From Octopus sinensis (taxonomy: Eukaryota): a DNA stretch of 64,000 bases. This document shows, piece after piece, positions 12,876 to 27,555 of this stretch. The notes below the pieces were generated by a model. It made no database searches. It had not been told where the DNA came from and saw only the letters and a program-made list of their open reading frames with translations. Numbering within the stretch: position 1 is the stretch's first letter; each line of letters opens with the position of its first letter. The stretch is taken from the NCBI RefSeq assembly GCF_006345805.1, contig NC_042997.1:65906001-65970000 (forward strand), given 5' to 3'. Both the position numbers and the translations under genes were made by a program.

Positions 12876-14494
12876 CAATCAATGTCATGGTCCCCACCAG
12901 CAGCAGTAGTGCTGCTACCACCAAGTCCTCACATGTAAATGAAGCCTGGTAGTCACATGTACAACAAGGCTATTTCATTGAAGATTTGTTTCACTTTTAT
13001 CTTATGATTACTAAGAATATGAATTGGCACTGAGGTAAGAATGATGGACGTGATGATATTTAATGGTAGCAGAATCAAACAGATGTTCTAGTAATCAAAT
13101 CAGGCTTTGTTCAAATACAAAGTTAGTCAGTTAGCATGACTTCTGCAAGACCTCTTACACTACTGACATTGATTGATTATCAGTTTCCATGTCAGCAAGA
13201 AGAGAACTCATGTAGGCCAAAAGTTCCGAAGTATAAAAACTGTTTATAGTGTTTAGTGTAACATCTGCGAAGTGAGATACAAAAAAAGGTGGAAGGAAGA
13301 GGATAGATAAATAGGTAAGACGGTTTGGGCAGAGAAGATATACGATGTTAGAGATGCATTAGCTTTACAATTCTGCAGGGTCAATAGAATAAGTACCCTT
13401 TTCATAGGGTCAAAAGAAAACCAATTCCAAAGCAAGCCAGTATGACTGGCTACAATTTGTTTTCCATAAATAATCACTGCTTCTACAACCATTATCATCA
13501 TCACCATTGCCATCATTAGTAACAATAGTACCCAAAGTTTCTCCTCAATCATTTTAAATTCCCTTGTCATGGGGTTAATGAAGAACCAAAGAACTACAGT
13601 AGAGTGGACTAAACTATTGATTTTAGGTTACTAAAATAGTATTTTATATTTTGATATTTTCATGTATGCTATTTTAACCCTTTACCTACCAAACTATCAG
13701 CAATAGCAAAACTATAGTTCTATGATACAAAACCTCACATTTATATTAAAACTTTCTGTCATAATTTTATATAAGAGACTTTTGTTATATTCCAAACATC
13801 AGCTCAAATAATAAATAAGTTTTTTTCTAAAATCACTTGAAATTATTGATTATATTAAAAATTAAAGCAAGGCATTTCATTAAAATTACAGTCACAAAGA
13901 GATAAAACAATTAACTATTTCAAATCATTTTGTGATGCCATCTGCATTCTAAGAAATTGTTAACTGAATGAAGACATATTTAATTCAAGAAAATTAAAAA
14001 GCTCTGTGAAAGACACAGAATTTATCATCATGTATTTTAATTTCGTTCACATCTACAATGCTCTGTAAAATTATCAAACCATTTCCAATACTTGAATGCT
14101 ACTATATTTTATTAATCTTGGGAAGGTGAAAGACAAAGTATAAATCAGGGAAGTTTGGATACAGAACATAAAGGGCCATATCTAAATGCAACAGGTATTT
14201 TGCCTTACCCCTAATGTTTCTGCCAATCTACCCTTGGGGATTGATATTCTTATCCGAATGTAGACATTCTGATATAGTATATTCTGCTGTGGCTCAGGGC
14301 TGACCAAGAGCTTGTAAGAGGATTTGGTGGACAGAAACTGAAAGAAACTCATCATATATGTGCAGGTGTGGCTGCGTGGTAAGAAGCTTGCTTCTGGGTT
14401 CAGTTCCACTGTGTGGAACCTTGGGCAAGTGCCATCTACTATAGCCTTAGGCTGACCAAAGCCTTGTGAGTGGAGTTGGTAGACAGAAACTGAA

Positions 14495-15131
<637 letters not shown>

Positions 15132-15175
15132 GATGTCTATGTGTATGTGTCTTTATGTCTGTGTTTGTCCTTCCA

Positions 15176-18045
15176 TATGATATGGAGGATGCAGAAGTAC
15201 ACGTACCAAACTATGCCATACTGAGAACAGACAGAAGAGAAAGGAACCATGGTGGAGTTGCTATATACATCCATGATGATCTCACACCCCAGGTCTTAAT
15301 GTCATACACAAATTCAGTAAGTGACACTCTAGTTGTATACATAAGACAACACAATATAGTCATATGCAATACATATCGTCAACCAGATGCTCCAAACCAC
15401 ATAGGCAAGTTTAAAGATTGCCTCACATGAATTAAAGAAATCCTCTATGAAATTGGAACACCACATGAGTATTTCTTACGGGTGATTTCAACTTCTCCAA
15501 TGTCAAATGGCCCGAAGGCCTCATGGTCTCAGGAATGACTCATTGCAAACAAACACAGGTGGAGTCTCTGCTCAACCTCACCAATGCCCTAATCATGGAG
15601 CAAGTTGTACTCAGACCAACTGGGGTGAATAACATTTTGGATCTCTGCTTCACAAACAATATGGACATTGTTCATGATGTGAAAGTGATGCCGACATTAG
15701 TCTCAGATCACAACATAATAGAGCTGTCTATGTATGGGCCAAAAGTAACCAAAGACATACAGCCTAAAGGAAGCACCCGAAATCTCTCCAATCATAAATT
15801 CCACAAAGCAGACTGGAAATTGATAAAAAAAAGAGATCTTCCGACAGGACTGGCCAAAATATCTCTCCACACCAGACTCTGGCATGAAGCTAGAATATTT
15901 CATGTCTATTATGTAAACCATATGCCAGAAATATGTCCCAGAACACAAGGCCAACACAAAATTCCAAAGGAGAAGAAGATCCTCATGAGACAGAGGATGA
16001 AGGGTGCAAATTACCTCAACCAACATTCCAAAAGTAGCAAAAGTCCCACCTAAAAACAACACTGATGGAGATTGAAAAAAGCCTGCTACAATCCTATGTG
16101 AGGGAGAGAGCAGACAAAGAAGCCTGGATTATAAAAAGCATTAAGTCAAACCCAAAGGCCTTCTTTCATTATACAAAAGAAACAGCCTCAGTTTGCTTCA
16201 AGACAGGACCCTCTTCTAAAAGGGTGGCTCCCTCACAGATAATCCAACCAGGATCAGTGAGGTACTGAATGACCAGTTCAGAAGTGTCTTTACCACCCCG
16301 TTGGAACACAGACAAGTGAATGAACCAGTGGATTTCTTTGCCACCCCACCTACAACCAGCAAGGCAGTTATGATGGAATACATTGACATTAGCGAAGATA
16401 TACTACTAGCCAAAGATGAGGTAGATGCAAACTCAACTGCTGGTCCTGGTGGTTTCCCAGCAATCCTCCTCAAATTGTGTAAGCGTGCCCTGGCAAAACC
16501 TCTACAGATACTCTTCCAGAGCTTCCTTGCTAATGGCAGGCAGCCAAGCAAGCTGAAGGAGGGAATAATATGCCCAATCCATAAAGGGGGAAGAAAAGCA
16601 GATGCCAAAAACTATAGGCCTATCTCTCGGACTTCACACATCAGCTTAGTCATGCTATGGGTAGTCAGAAGGAAACTAATCACATTCCTTGAAGAAAATA
16701 ACTCACTGAGTGAAACCCAGCATGGGTTTCAACCAGGTAGGAGCTGCCTGACCCAGCTCTTACAGCACTATGACTAGGAGCTGAGGCAGTTACTCAACAA
16801 CTCAAATGTGGATGTAATATACCTTGATTTTGCAAAAAACTTTTGCTAAAGTGGATCATGGTATGATACGCCACAAACTATGTGATCTTGGCATAGCTGG
16901 AAAACTTGGAAAGTGATTACATGACTTTCTGAAAGATAGAAGTCAAGCAGTAGTGGCCAATGTAGCCACCTCAATGAAAACACAAATAGTGAGCAGTGTT
17001 CCACTAGCTACTGTCTTGGGACCACTGCTTTTCATAGTGACCTTCTCAGATATGTGCTCAACTGCCTGGATAGCAGCTGAGGGCATATCTCGCAGAAAAT
17101 ACAGAACCCCAGTGATGTTGCACACCTGCAGCAAGAATTGCACTCAATTTACAGATGGGCTGAGGATAATAATATGCAGTTAATGCTGAAAAATTCCAAG
17201 CCCTGCGCTACCAGCATCCAAAACTGAATATAAACTTACAGGGTACACTGGTCCACAGGGGATTACAATCCCAGAGCTTTAATCAGTGAGGGACCTGAGT
17301 ATCGACATGAGGGATGATACCTCTTTCCAAGTGCACATTACCGGGATGGTGACAAAGTGCAGACAACTGGCTAGATGGATCCTGAGAATATTCAGAACCA
17401 GAGAGAAGGAAACCATGATGGTCTTCTGGAGGACCTTCGTCCTCAGCTGCCTGGATTACTGCTCCCAGCTACAGTCACCCAACAGAGTAAAATTAACAGC
17501 AGACCTTGAAGCAATCCAGCAAAGCTTCAAAAGGAAGATCATCTCATTGCAACAGCTCAGCTATTGGGAAAGGCTGAAACAGCTAAGACTCTACTCCCTG
17601 GAGTGAAGGTGGGAGAGGTATGCAGTAATATACATCTGGAAAATCCTGGAAGGGATTGTACCAAATTTTGGTGTTGAAAGCTACACAAATGCCAGAACGG
17701 GTCGACACTGCACAGTGCCAAAGATCCCACCAATGCCATCATGTTTCAGGACCAGTTACTGCAACAGCCTGACTTTTAGGGGCCCACTGCTTTTTAATAT
17801 TCTCCCAAAGAGCCTGGGGGACTTACAAAGCAGATGTAGGTGTTTTCAAATCAAAGCTGGACCGCTTCTTCTCGAGAGTCCCAGATGAACCTACCACATG
17901 GCAAGAGGTGCAAATGAGGGTAGCTATATCAAACTCCATTCTTCACCAAGTGCCACATATTAGAGGAAGCTCTCAGTAATAACAGTGTGGCAAAATGGCA
18001 GTGCCCCAGCATGGCCACAGCTCTGCGCTGAAACTACAAAAAAAA
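15176..18045 (+). mobile_element. 5'-truncated, inactivated LINE of the CR1/L2 (Jockey-superfamily) group, with APE endonuclease and RT remnants
   Basis: EN: [28 protein letters not shown]: PIHKGG..KNYRPIS, QHGFQPGRSCLTQLL, IYLDFAK, VLGPLLF. Several stops and frameshifts; no YADD-type motif found; ends ctgaaactacaaaaaaaaa. Confidence 0.9.
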
Positions 18046-19694
18046 ATGTAATACATAAGTGTATGTGGGTGTATGTGTGTGTGTATATATACATATGTGT
18101 CTGTATATGTATATGGATGTGTATGTGTACATATATATATGATAATTCTTGAATCAAGCAGACCAGAAATCCAAAGACACTGCTATAAGAACAAGATGTA
18201 ATCAATTTAATGTTTATGCAAAGAACCTCTGCTTCCATTAATTCATAGCTTGTCGAGAGCAAATTACTTTGAATCTGCAAAAACAGTTGAATTATTCTAG
18301 AATATTCTTGTGGAATTCCAAAAGTTAGAACGAATTTGGTTCATAACAATGAATGTAATTTCCCAAGATATATGATGTCAAAGTAATATCTCTCTGATAT
18401 ATGCTGCCAAAGAATTATTGCAGACAGTATAATCAGACAAGGTCATTTCATGTTAAGTAACACACACATACATGAAAAAGAATAATAATAATAATCTGCT
18501 TCATAGCCAATATCTAAGTTGCACAAACACTAACTAGTTTAATAACTATGTAAATTGCCATCATCGTTTAGCATCCACTTATCTAAGCTTGCAAGGGTTG
18601 GATAGATTTTAATGAGGCAAGCTTTCTACAGCTGGATGCTCTTCCTGTCACCACCCTCACCTGCTTCCAGGCAAAATAATATTCCTCCATGACCAGACAC
18701 ATTTTTGACAGAATATTGTCAGTGGATAATATTACTAGTACGACAGAGATACTCATTTACAACTATCTCACCATGTTAGAGCAACAAAACATAAACATAC
18801 ACCCACACACTCACATGATGGGCTTCTTTCAGTTTCTGTCTGCCAAATTCACTGACAAAGTCTGGTCAGCCCAAGACAATAACAAAAGACAACAATGTAC
18901 AGTAAGGGCCATGATAGTAGAGTCCAAGAAGAGACCAATGGTAATCCAGGTGGTGTGTTGTTAAAGTGGTTCCTGGAAAGGTCTGAGAAGAAGGTAGGAG
19001 AAATAAGGGTCCAAGAGAGGAAGAGGTTCAGTCATGTGAAACTGTTAATCCAGACACGTTTTTGTTCTTTACTCTCTCCATGTTCACTTCTTTCTGTTTT
19101 CTTTCCTCATTCTTTTCTGTCAAAGAGCATAAGCTCTAAAAGTCAAAGACATTTCCATTTTTTTTGAGTGTCTGTCTCTGTCTTTTGGGGTTTTTTTTTG
19201 TACATTTGAACCCTGTAATAGAAGACACTTGCCCAAGGTGTCACACAATGAGACTGAACCCAAAACCATGTGCTTGGGAAGCAATTTTATCAACCACACA
19301 GCTATGCTTGTCCCTAATATGTAAATATACAGATAAATGAACTAAAAAATGAATGAATAATGTATCCTGAGTACATAGCTAATTAAATCTATCAAAATAG
19401 ATTATAATGAATAATGCAATTTGTAATTGATACATTTGCAGCTAAACTGATACTCATGTTCAAACATGAAAATAACAAATACTTGTGTGCATTTATACAT
19501 AAAAATATTAAATATCATAATATACAACAAATATCCATGCATTATTATATATAGCCACTTACACACATACATATCACACAATTATGCACATATAAACACA
19601 TGTACATATATATTAATACATATGCATGTGTGTGTGTGTGTGTGCATGTGAATATATATGTGTGTATATATATAGGTATTTCATTTATTTCTTA

Positions 19695-19767
19695 CTGTAT
19701 TTATCGCTGACGAGGAGAAAATACTTATGAATTAACTCTGAAATTGGGACCGATATGATAATAGCAG
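19695..19767 (+). ncRNA. Type I hammerhead ribozyme with intact core (probable Penelope-like remnant)
   Basis: UUAUCG | CUGACGA | GGAG-18nt-CUCU | GAAA | UUG-GGAC-CGA | UA | UGAUAA; stem I extends with bulges; predicted cleavage after 19755. Confidence 0.78.
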
Positions 19768-19896
19768 AATTTTTTAGAAATTTCGGTCAGCTTACTTCGA
19801 GACACGTACTTATAGTGATAAATTATATGGTTATTGATGATTTGTCTATTTTCAGCATATTTGGCATTAGATTTTTTTTCTTTTGCCCTTGTTTAT

Positions 19897-19938
<42 letters not shown>

Positions 19939-20085
19939 TCATCATCATCATCGTTTAACGGGTTGGACGGTTCAACTGGGGTCTGGGAAGCCCGAAGGCT
20001 GCACCAGGCCAGTCAGATCTGGCAGTGTTTCTACAGCTGGATGCCCTTCCTAACGCCAACCACTCCGTGAGTGTAGTGGGTGCTT

Positions 20086-20352
20086 TTTATGTGCCACTGG
20101 CACAGGTGCAAGACGAGGCTGACGAATGGCCACGCTCGGATGGTGTTTTTTTATGTGCCACTGGCACAGGTGCAAGACGAGGCTGACGAATGGCCACGCT
20201 CGGATGGTGTTTTTTTATGTGCCACTGGCACAGGTGCAAGACGAGGCTGACGAATGGCCACGCTCGGATGGTGTTTTTTTATGTGCCACGGACACAGGTG
20301 CCAGACGAGGCTGGCGAACGGCCGCGCTCGGATGGTGTTTTTTACGTGCCAT
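20086..20352. repeat. 64-bp minisatellite, 4 copies (first three identical), inside an RTE-type 3' end
   Basis: gtgccac recurs at 20091, 20155, 20219, 20283 and 20346. Confidence 0.95.
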
Positions 20353-20395
20353 ATATATATATACATATATATATACACACACACACACATGCATA

Positions 20396-20434
<39 letters not shown>

Positions 20435-21645
20435 AGTAGAGAGAAAGAGTATATATGTATCAAATGAAACAAATGAAAAACAAGACGCAAAGGATGCTGC
20501 AGCACACAGAACAACCCATTCCTACATCAATGCACAATCGATACAACAGACAGATCAAAAAGCTATATATATATTAGCAGTAATACCCATCAGTGAAGGC
20601 ACATAGCTCAGTGGTTAGAGCATCGAAGTTACAATTGTGAGGTTGTGATTTGGATTCTCGGACTGGGCTGCGTGTTGTATTCTTGAGCAAGACACTTTAT
20701 TTCACATTGTTTCAGTTCACTCAGCTGTTGAAATGAGTTGCAACATCACTGGTGCCAAGCTGTATTGGCCTTTGCCTTTCCCTTGGATAACATCAGTGGT
20801 GTGGAGAGGGGAGGCGGGTATGCAAGAGCGACTGCTGGCCTTCCATAAACAACCTTGCCCAGACTTGTGCCTCAGAGGCTAATTTTCTAGGTGCAATCTT
20901 CCTCAATACTCATCATTTATTGTGTAATTACTTTTACTGTTTCTAGGGCCAAGAAGCTAGAAAAATGGGTATATCATACAGAAGAATAGCTTTACAGAAT
21001 CCAGTTGACTGTGATGGCACTGAAAAGGCAGCCGGTGTAGTGGAACATCACTGTTCATAAAGAAAAGGCATTGCACATCGTGCATTTGCTTGGTGTTTGC
21101 TTTTTGTCGGTCTTTTTTAGTGGACATTTTTTTAATTAGGAATATCAGTAAGTAATAGTGAAATGAAATTACAAATGCTGTGTCAGTGCACAAGTAGTGT
21201 TGTACCACTGCATAATTTTTGTTGAGACGAATTAGGTAAGAGCATAATAGGAGATATGGAAAAAGCATTGCCTGTTGTGCATTTGTTTGATTTTCATTTT
21301 TTGATGGGGTTTTTTTAGTAGACATTTTTTTGATTAGGAATATCAGTAAGTAATAGGCAAATGAAATTACAAATGTATCTCAGATGAAAATCACGTGATA
21401 TGGGTATATCTGCATTCTCATTTGTGATTGTCCATCACCGTGGTATGTTGGCTATTTTTTTCTTCTTGCTTTCCTGATTTCATCAGCATGTTAACTTTCA
21501 GTGCTGGCGGCTAATTGAGTCAATTTTGACTCCTATTTCTAGCAAAACTGGTGCTATCTTGAACCCTTACATTCATATATTTTCCTTTTAGCTTTCTCTA
21601 AATAGCCATCTATATTATCATTATTATTTATTAATAATATCTTCA

Positions 21646-21698
<53 letters not shown>

Positions 21699-22491
21699 TA
21701 TGTAAATATTTTGAAAACTTATTTGCATTTTGCATTAATGCAGACATGTAAGTAATTTATTTATTATCAAATATAATTAACATAAGTTATCTACATAATA
21801 TAAATTACCTAAATTAAATATAATAATATAAACTATCTACATGTTTTCAAGTTACAGAACAATTTTCTTATTTTAAAATAAAATATCATGAAACTGCCTC
21901 TCTGTCATTTATGACTTTATATACATACATATTTTCTGTAACTTGTTTCAGTCACAAGTCTGTAGTCATGTTGGAGCACCATCTTGAAAAGTTTAGTATA
22001 CCCCAGTATTTATTTTTAAGTCTGGTACTTATATTACTGTTCCTTTATACACACACATACACACATGCATGTGTGCTGGTGTATGAATGTACATGTATAT
22101 AAGTATATGTTTGTTAACAGTTCCTTGTCAACAAGTTGTCGACTATGTTGTTGAAGCCAAGTGAAATGAAAACTTTTGAAAAACAGGTAAGGGTTAGTGA
22201 CAGGAAGGATATCTGACTGTGAAATAATACCTTAATAATACATACTAACCTAACCCATACTAACATGGGAAAATAGATGTAAGATGAATAAATAAAAAAA
22301 ACACAGACATATATGAATGCATATATACAAACATACAAACATAAATATTTGATTCTCTGTCTGAAGAATTTCCAATAGGAGATATCTTACATATATTTTC
22401 TAAATGTACGATTTTGTAACTCCTATTAGGAAATGAAACACATGTAAAGGTGAATAAATATATCAACACTTTTTCAATCTCCTGTTATGAT

Positions 22492-22543
<52 letters not shown>

Positions 22544-22919
22544 CAGTCCACTCTGTGGGGTGGTTGGCATTAGAAAAGAATGCAGCCATAAAAACCATGA
22601 CAAAATAGACACAGAAGTCTGGTGCAGTCTTCTGCCAGGCCAGCTCCTGTCAAACCATCCAAACTATGCCAGCTTGGAAGGCAGACGTTAAACAATGATG
22701 ATGATGGCACACACACACACACACGCAATAAGACAGACAGACAGACAGGTAGATACATATACACATATGCACACACACATATATACACATAAACACACAG
22801 GTAAATATCTGCACTGTAATACAAAAATGATAGCCTATGTATCAGAGCATAAAATTACCTTTACAAGATAAAAGGAAATGGAATGAATATAGAATATATG
22901 TGAACGGAGAATTTGTTAC

Positions 22920-22981
22920 CTTTTAATGAGTTCATGCCAGTGTCAGTAATTCTTGTATTCCCAAGTAATAAAACTTTCAAA
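22920..22981 (-). CDS. LRR gene exon (62 nt, phase 2-1): SLKVLLLGNTRITDTGMNSLK
   Basis: Acceptor tgtctttgcag, donor gtaaca. Confidence 0.92.
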
Positions 22982-23571
22982 CTGCAAAGACAAAATTTGT
23001 AAATTAAATAACAATGCAATAAGCTAACTTTTTTTTTTACTAGCAATGTTCAAATTTCTACAAAGAATGACTTATTGTCAGCCCTAAATCATTTCTAATC
23101 AAGCAAGAACTAAGATACAGGGCATCGTAAATGTGACTATCACATTTTGTTTTGGATAATGTGTATATAGAACCATACTGTCTAATATATCATTCTTTTC
23201 TAATATGTTAGCAAGTGATTTAAGACAAATTTGGTTTCCAGCAGCTCATTCACTGGTTCTGTAATTATATTTTTATCTGCAGTGGTAGTCTTAAAACAAA
23301 TAAGCTTCAAGCAATAGGCTCTAACGTGATGGTAGTTTAATGGTGATAGTTCTTCCAGGGAATAGCTTTCATGATGACAGACTTCCTTCAGACAATGCAT
23401 ATTCAAATAATAACTAGCCATAAAAGGTTTAATGGTTCTTGGATGGTACATATGGTGTATATACTTATACATATATACCTAGGCTTGTACCATTTGTTTG
23501 CACCAAACCAATACAGGTTTCAAGGATGAAAGAATGAGACTGGCTCTGAGTAAACCATGTTCACTATAATA

Positions 23572-24353
23572 CAAGGTGGTATGAAAAGGTTCCCAGACTA
23601 GTTATGTTTAATAAAAATATAACTTATTTACCTATGTTTTAATATCATCTCATTCAAAATAGTTACCTTGTACAGCAATATACTGGTCCCATCCTTCCTG
23701 CTGCTTTTGGAATCTAGCCTGGAAGTTGCTTTCTGTAAGTGAGTCGGGGACCTTCTGCAATTCACTCTCGATGTTGACAATAGTGTTAAACATTTTCATC
23801 TTGGGGGAGAGATGAAAGTCCACAGGTGCTAAATCTGGTAAATAAGGTGGGTGCAGAAGAGATACCATGATGCTTTTGGTGACAAATTCATGAGTGGGGA
23901 GAGCTTGATGACAGGGTGCATTGTCATCTTGAAGAATCTAATTCTTTGAGCTCCTCAGATCCAGTCACTTCTGCCGGATGTCCTCCCTCAAACACTTCAA
24001 ACATTGCATAGAATTTCTCAACAGACGGTCTGGGTTAGGGTTATCAATGTACAATATCACATTTTCAGGGGTGATGCTCATGGCAGGTCTTCTAGATCAC
24101 TCATTATCTTCCAGGGATGTTTTCCTGCTTTTGAAGCGCCTGTGCCACTTAAAACATTACATATGAGCCGTTGCCTCAACACTGTAATCTTGTTGAAGCA
24201 TTTTCAATGTCTCTGTAACAGACCTCCCAAGTTTGAAGCAAAATTTCCCACTGGCTCTTTGTTCCAACTTCCTGTCCATGACAAATGCAACTATGTTCTG
24301 CTATCTGTTGGCATGCAAAAGAACTAGTCTGGGAACTTTATGATACCACCTTG
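23572..24353 (-). mobile_element. Internally deleted mariner transposon
   Basis: TIRs caaggtggtatgaaaaggttcccagactagtt / aactagtctgggaactttatgataccaccttg; TA at both ends; HPPYLPDLAPVDFHL motif. Confidence 0.9.
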
Positions 24354-26887
24354 TAAACCTCTCATGCCTAGTGGGGTAATTTATTGAGTGTTTGACAAAA
24401 ACCTAAAGAAGTAAACTCCTGAAGATAATCCAGGTACCTTAAGGCAGATATGAATAGTTATACTTAACCAATATTTGGCATCCTATATGGCTCCATACAA
24501 GCTGTGAATGTATTGCCTTATCTTCCATCATGGCATATCTACGAGTAGGGAGATAAGTGAACTTGGGCCTAGGTACTTGTTTCTGGAAACAGTCTGAGCA
24601 CAACTGAGGTGATCAAGTTACTGCCTCTGTAATACTGTTGAGCAATGGTGAAAACGGCCAACTGAGAGACAAGCTAAACATATACCTAGGACAGTGTTTA
24701 TGGTATAATCTAAAAATCTACTGTCAGCAGAAAGTAAATAATCTCAAGACCATGACCTTATAATGATTGATAATTACAAAATAATAAGAATAATTTCTAA
24801 CTGGGGATAAAAGCAGAAACTTGTATGGTAAGGGCTTTTCAATTTAATCAACGTCAGTACTTAATTGGCAATGTATTTCAACAAACCTGGAAGTATGAAA
24901 GGCAAAGTTGACCTTGTCAAGTGTGCAACAAATACAGCAAAACATTCTATCCAGCACTCTAATTTGCTGCTACAGTTTCAAAGTTAAACAAATAATTGTC
25001 TCCTTTTTGTATGTGATTTGCTAGATTCTTGATGAAAACTCATGTGTTGAAACAGATTTTCTTTATTTTGGGGGAATCATTAGCTTCTATGTCATCACTG
25101 GTTGTATTTCACCTCTATTGTTGTTGTTGCTATTATAATTATTATTATTGTTATTATTATTAAGTGAGAGAGCAGTGCATGCCACCAAAGTAACACTGGG
25201 GTAAAATATATGAAACCCAGTATACCTATCATGACTACCTGTCTGATAAGAGTACACCAGGCACATGCATCACAACCATATATGCATGACATGGCGATCT
25301 CATATCAAGATAAACAGTGCATGATCTTGCAGGTGGTGGCCCAGTTAGAATTTTCTTCATGTCAAGTAACCCATCCCACTCAAAAAGTCCCTGAATAAGG
25401 GTTGTTTAAGGACATTGACTAAAACACCCATGTTTCCAAAGGTGAATTATCCAAATCTGTGGTACTGAGCAGAATATTTGCTGTAGCCCATCTTTTATAC
25501 CAAGACAAAACAATGTACATCATAACTCTTCCAATCAATTAAGATCAGAAGCAATGAAAGCCACTGCCTGGTATTGCATCAGGACATTAGAGCCACTGCC
25601 TGGTACTGCACCAGGGCATTTGAGCCACTACCTGGTACTGGGCATTTTATTATTATTAGGCAATTCATTAACATTTAACCAGTAAACTAAATAATAGTTA
25701 AATTAATTGTCTGATCACTCAATCAATTGATTACTTAACAGATGGATGAATAATAATAAAAGAAGTGAAATAGACCCAGAGTGAGTATGTTTGTTATTGA
25801 CATAATGATCCTCCCAACACAGGCTATGTAGTTTCTGTACCTCAGAACTAGCAAAATGCACACCACCTCTACCCAAATCTGCTCAATATAGTAAGCTCTC
25901 TTCCTCTACCGTGTCTCACACAACTAAACATTTTGCTGTATTCTTTGTAGTGAGGCTGAATATGACAACTACATAAACTTCACCAATCTGTATGATCCTA
26001 CAAACATCATGAGCACTGCACTTCTTTTCTTATTTTTTTATTGCCCATAAGGGACTAAACAGATGGGACAAACAAGGACAAGCAAAGGGATTAAGTCAAT
26101 TCCATCAACCCCAGTGCATAACTAGTAGTTAAATTATTGACCCCCAAAAGGATGAAAAGCAAAATCGACCTCGGCAGAATTTGAACTCAGAACAAAGTGG
26201 CAGACGAAATACCAATAAGCATTTTGCCTGGTGCGCTAATGTTTCTGCCAGCTTGCCGCCTTCTTCTCTGACTAAATGATAACACGATATATGACGGTCT
26301 TAAAATAATAGTCCTAAAAATGTTGCTAGTTTATGTGTAAAAAACTCAGGATATTGTCATTATCTTAGTCATAAAGGGAATAAATTTGCTTTCAATTAGC
26401 AAGGGTTGACAGGCCATTGAGGAAAAACATCAAGTTTTATTTGTCTTTGAACTTTTAAACTATGTGTACTAATACATTATGGTGTAAATAAATGAGAAGG
26501 CCAGTAGATTAACAAATAGGTCAGTCGCTTGATCTTACATTTATTTCCAATTAAGATTTATTAATGACTTCAGACGCAGAATCTGTCTGAGATTTTTTTT
26601 TCTCTTTTTGAAAGGTGACCTAATACACTGATATTTTTTATTTTTCTTCTTTTCTTTATTTTGTTTTCGTTTTTATGACAGTTATAAGAAATATTCTATA
26701 CAAGCATAGAATAGTTTTTCATTGATGAGAGAATTCATATTATCACCATTATACCGACAACTACGCTACTTGAAATCATCATCATTATATAGACAGTTAT
26801 ATAACTTAAAACACGGCCCTCCTCATCATCATTATTGTCATCGTCATCATCTTCATCAATAATAATAATATTAATAATAATAATAAT

Positions 26888-27100
26888 AAGGCAAGCCAGC
26901 AGAATGCTTAGCATGCCAGGCAAAAATGCTGAGTGACATTTCATCCCACTTTACATTCTGGGTTAAAATTCTGTTGAGGTCGACTTTGCCTTTTATCCCT
27001 TCAGGGTTAATAAAATAAGTACCGGCTACATGGCTGGGATCAATGTTACTGATTTATCCCCTCCTCTGAAATTGCTGGCCTTGTGTTAAAATTTGAAATC
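26888..27100 (+). mobile_element. tRNA-derived SINE family C with (ATT)n tail (copies 1505-1990, 3040-3240, 10845-11070, 11090-11420, 26040-26262, 34705-34910, 34988-35200, 54948-55160, 58545-58655)
   Basis: Head gagctggcagaatcgttagc...gttctgagttcaaattc; body aggtcgactttgcctttcatcc. Confidence 0.85.
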
Positions 27101-27555
27101 ATTATTATTATTATTAAGTGAAAGAGCAGTGCATGCCATCAAAGTGACACAGGGGTACAAATATATGAAGCCCAGTATACGCATCATGACTACCCATCTG
27201 ATATGGGTACACCAGGGACATACATCACAACCATATGTGCACGACATGGTGATCTCATATTAAGATAAACAGTGCATGACCTTGCAGGTTAGAATTTTCT
27301 TCAAGTTGAGTAGTCCATCTCACTCAAAAGGTCTCTGAATAAGGTTTATTTGTTTCACCCATGTTTCCAGAGGTGAATTTTTCAAACCCCAAAGAATCCC
27401 TTTCGACACAAGGCTATGATGCTCCCCCATTACTTCTGCTCAGGGTCAGAGATGCACATATCATCAGCCACTAAGGAACATGCTCAACTGGTTAATGTCA
27501 AGCAACTGACAATCAAATCTGTGGCATTGAGCAATTATTATTATTATTATTATTA

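Noticed and set aside
20086-20352. CRISPR-like array
   Set aside because: Contiguous tandem units without unique spacers, in a eukaryotic intron
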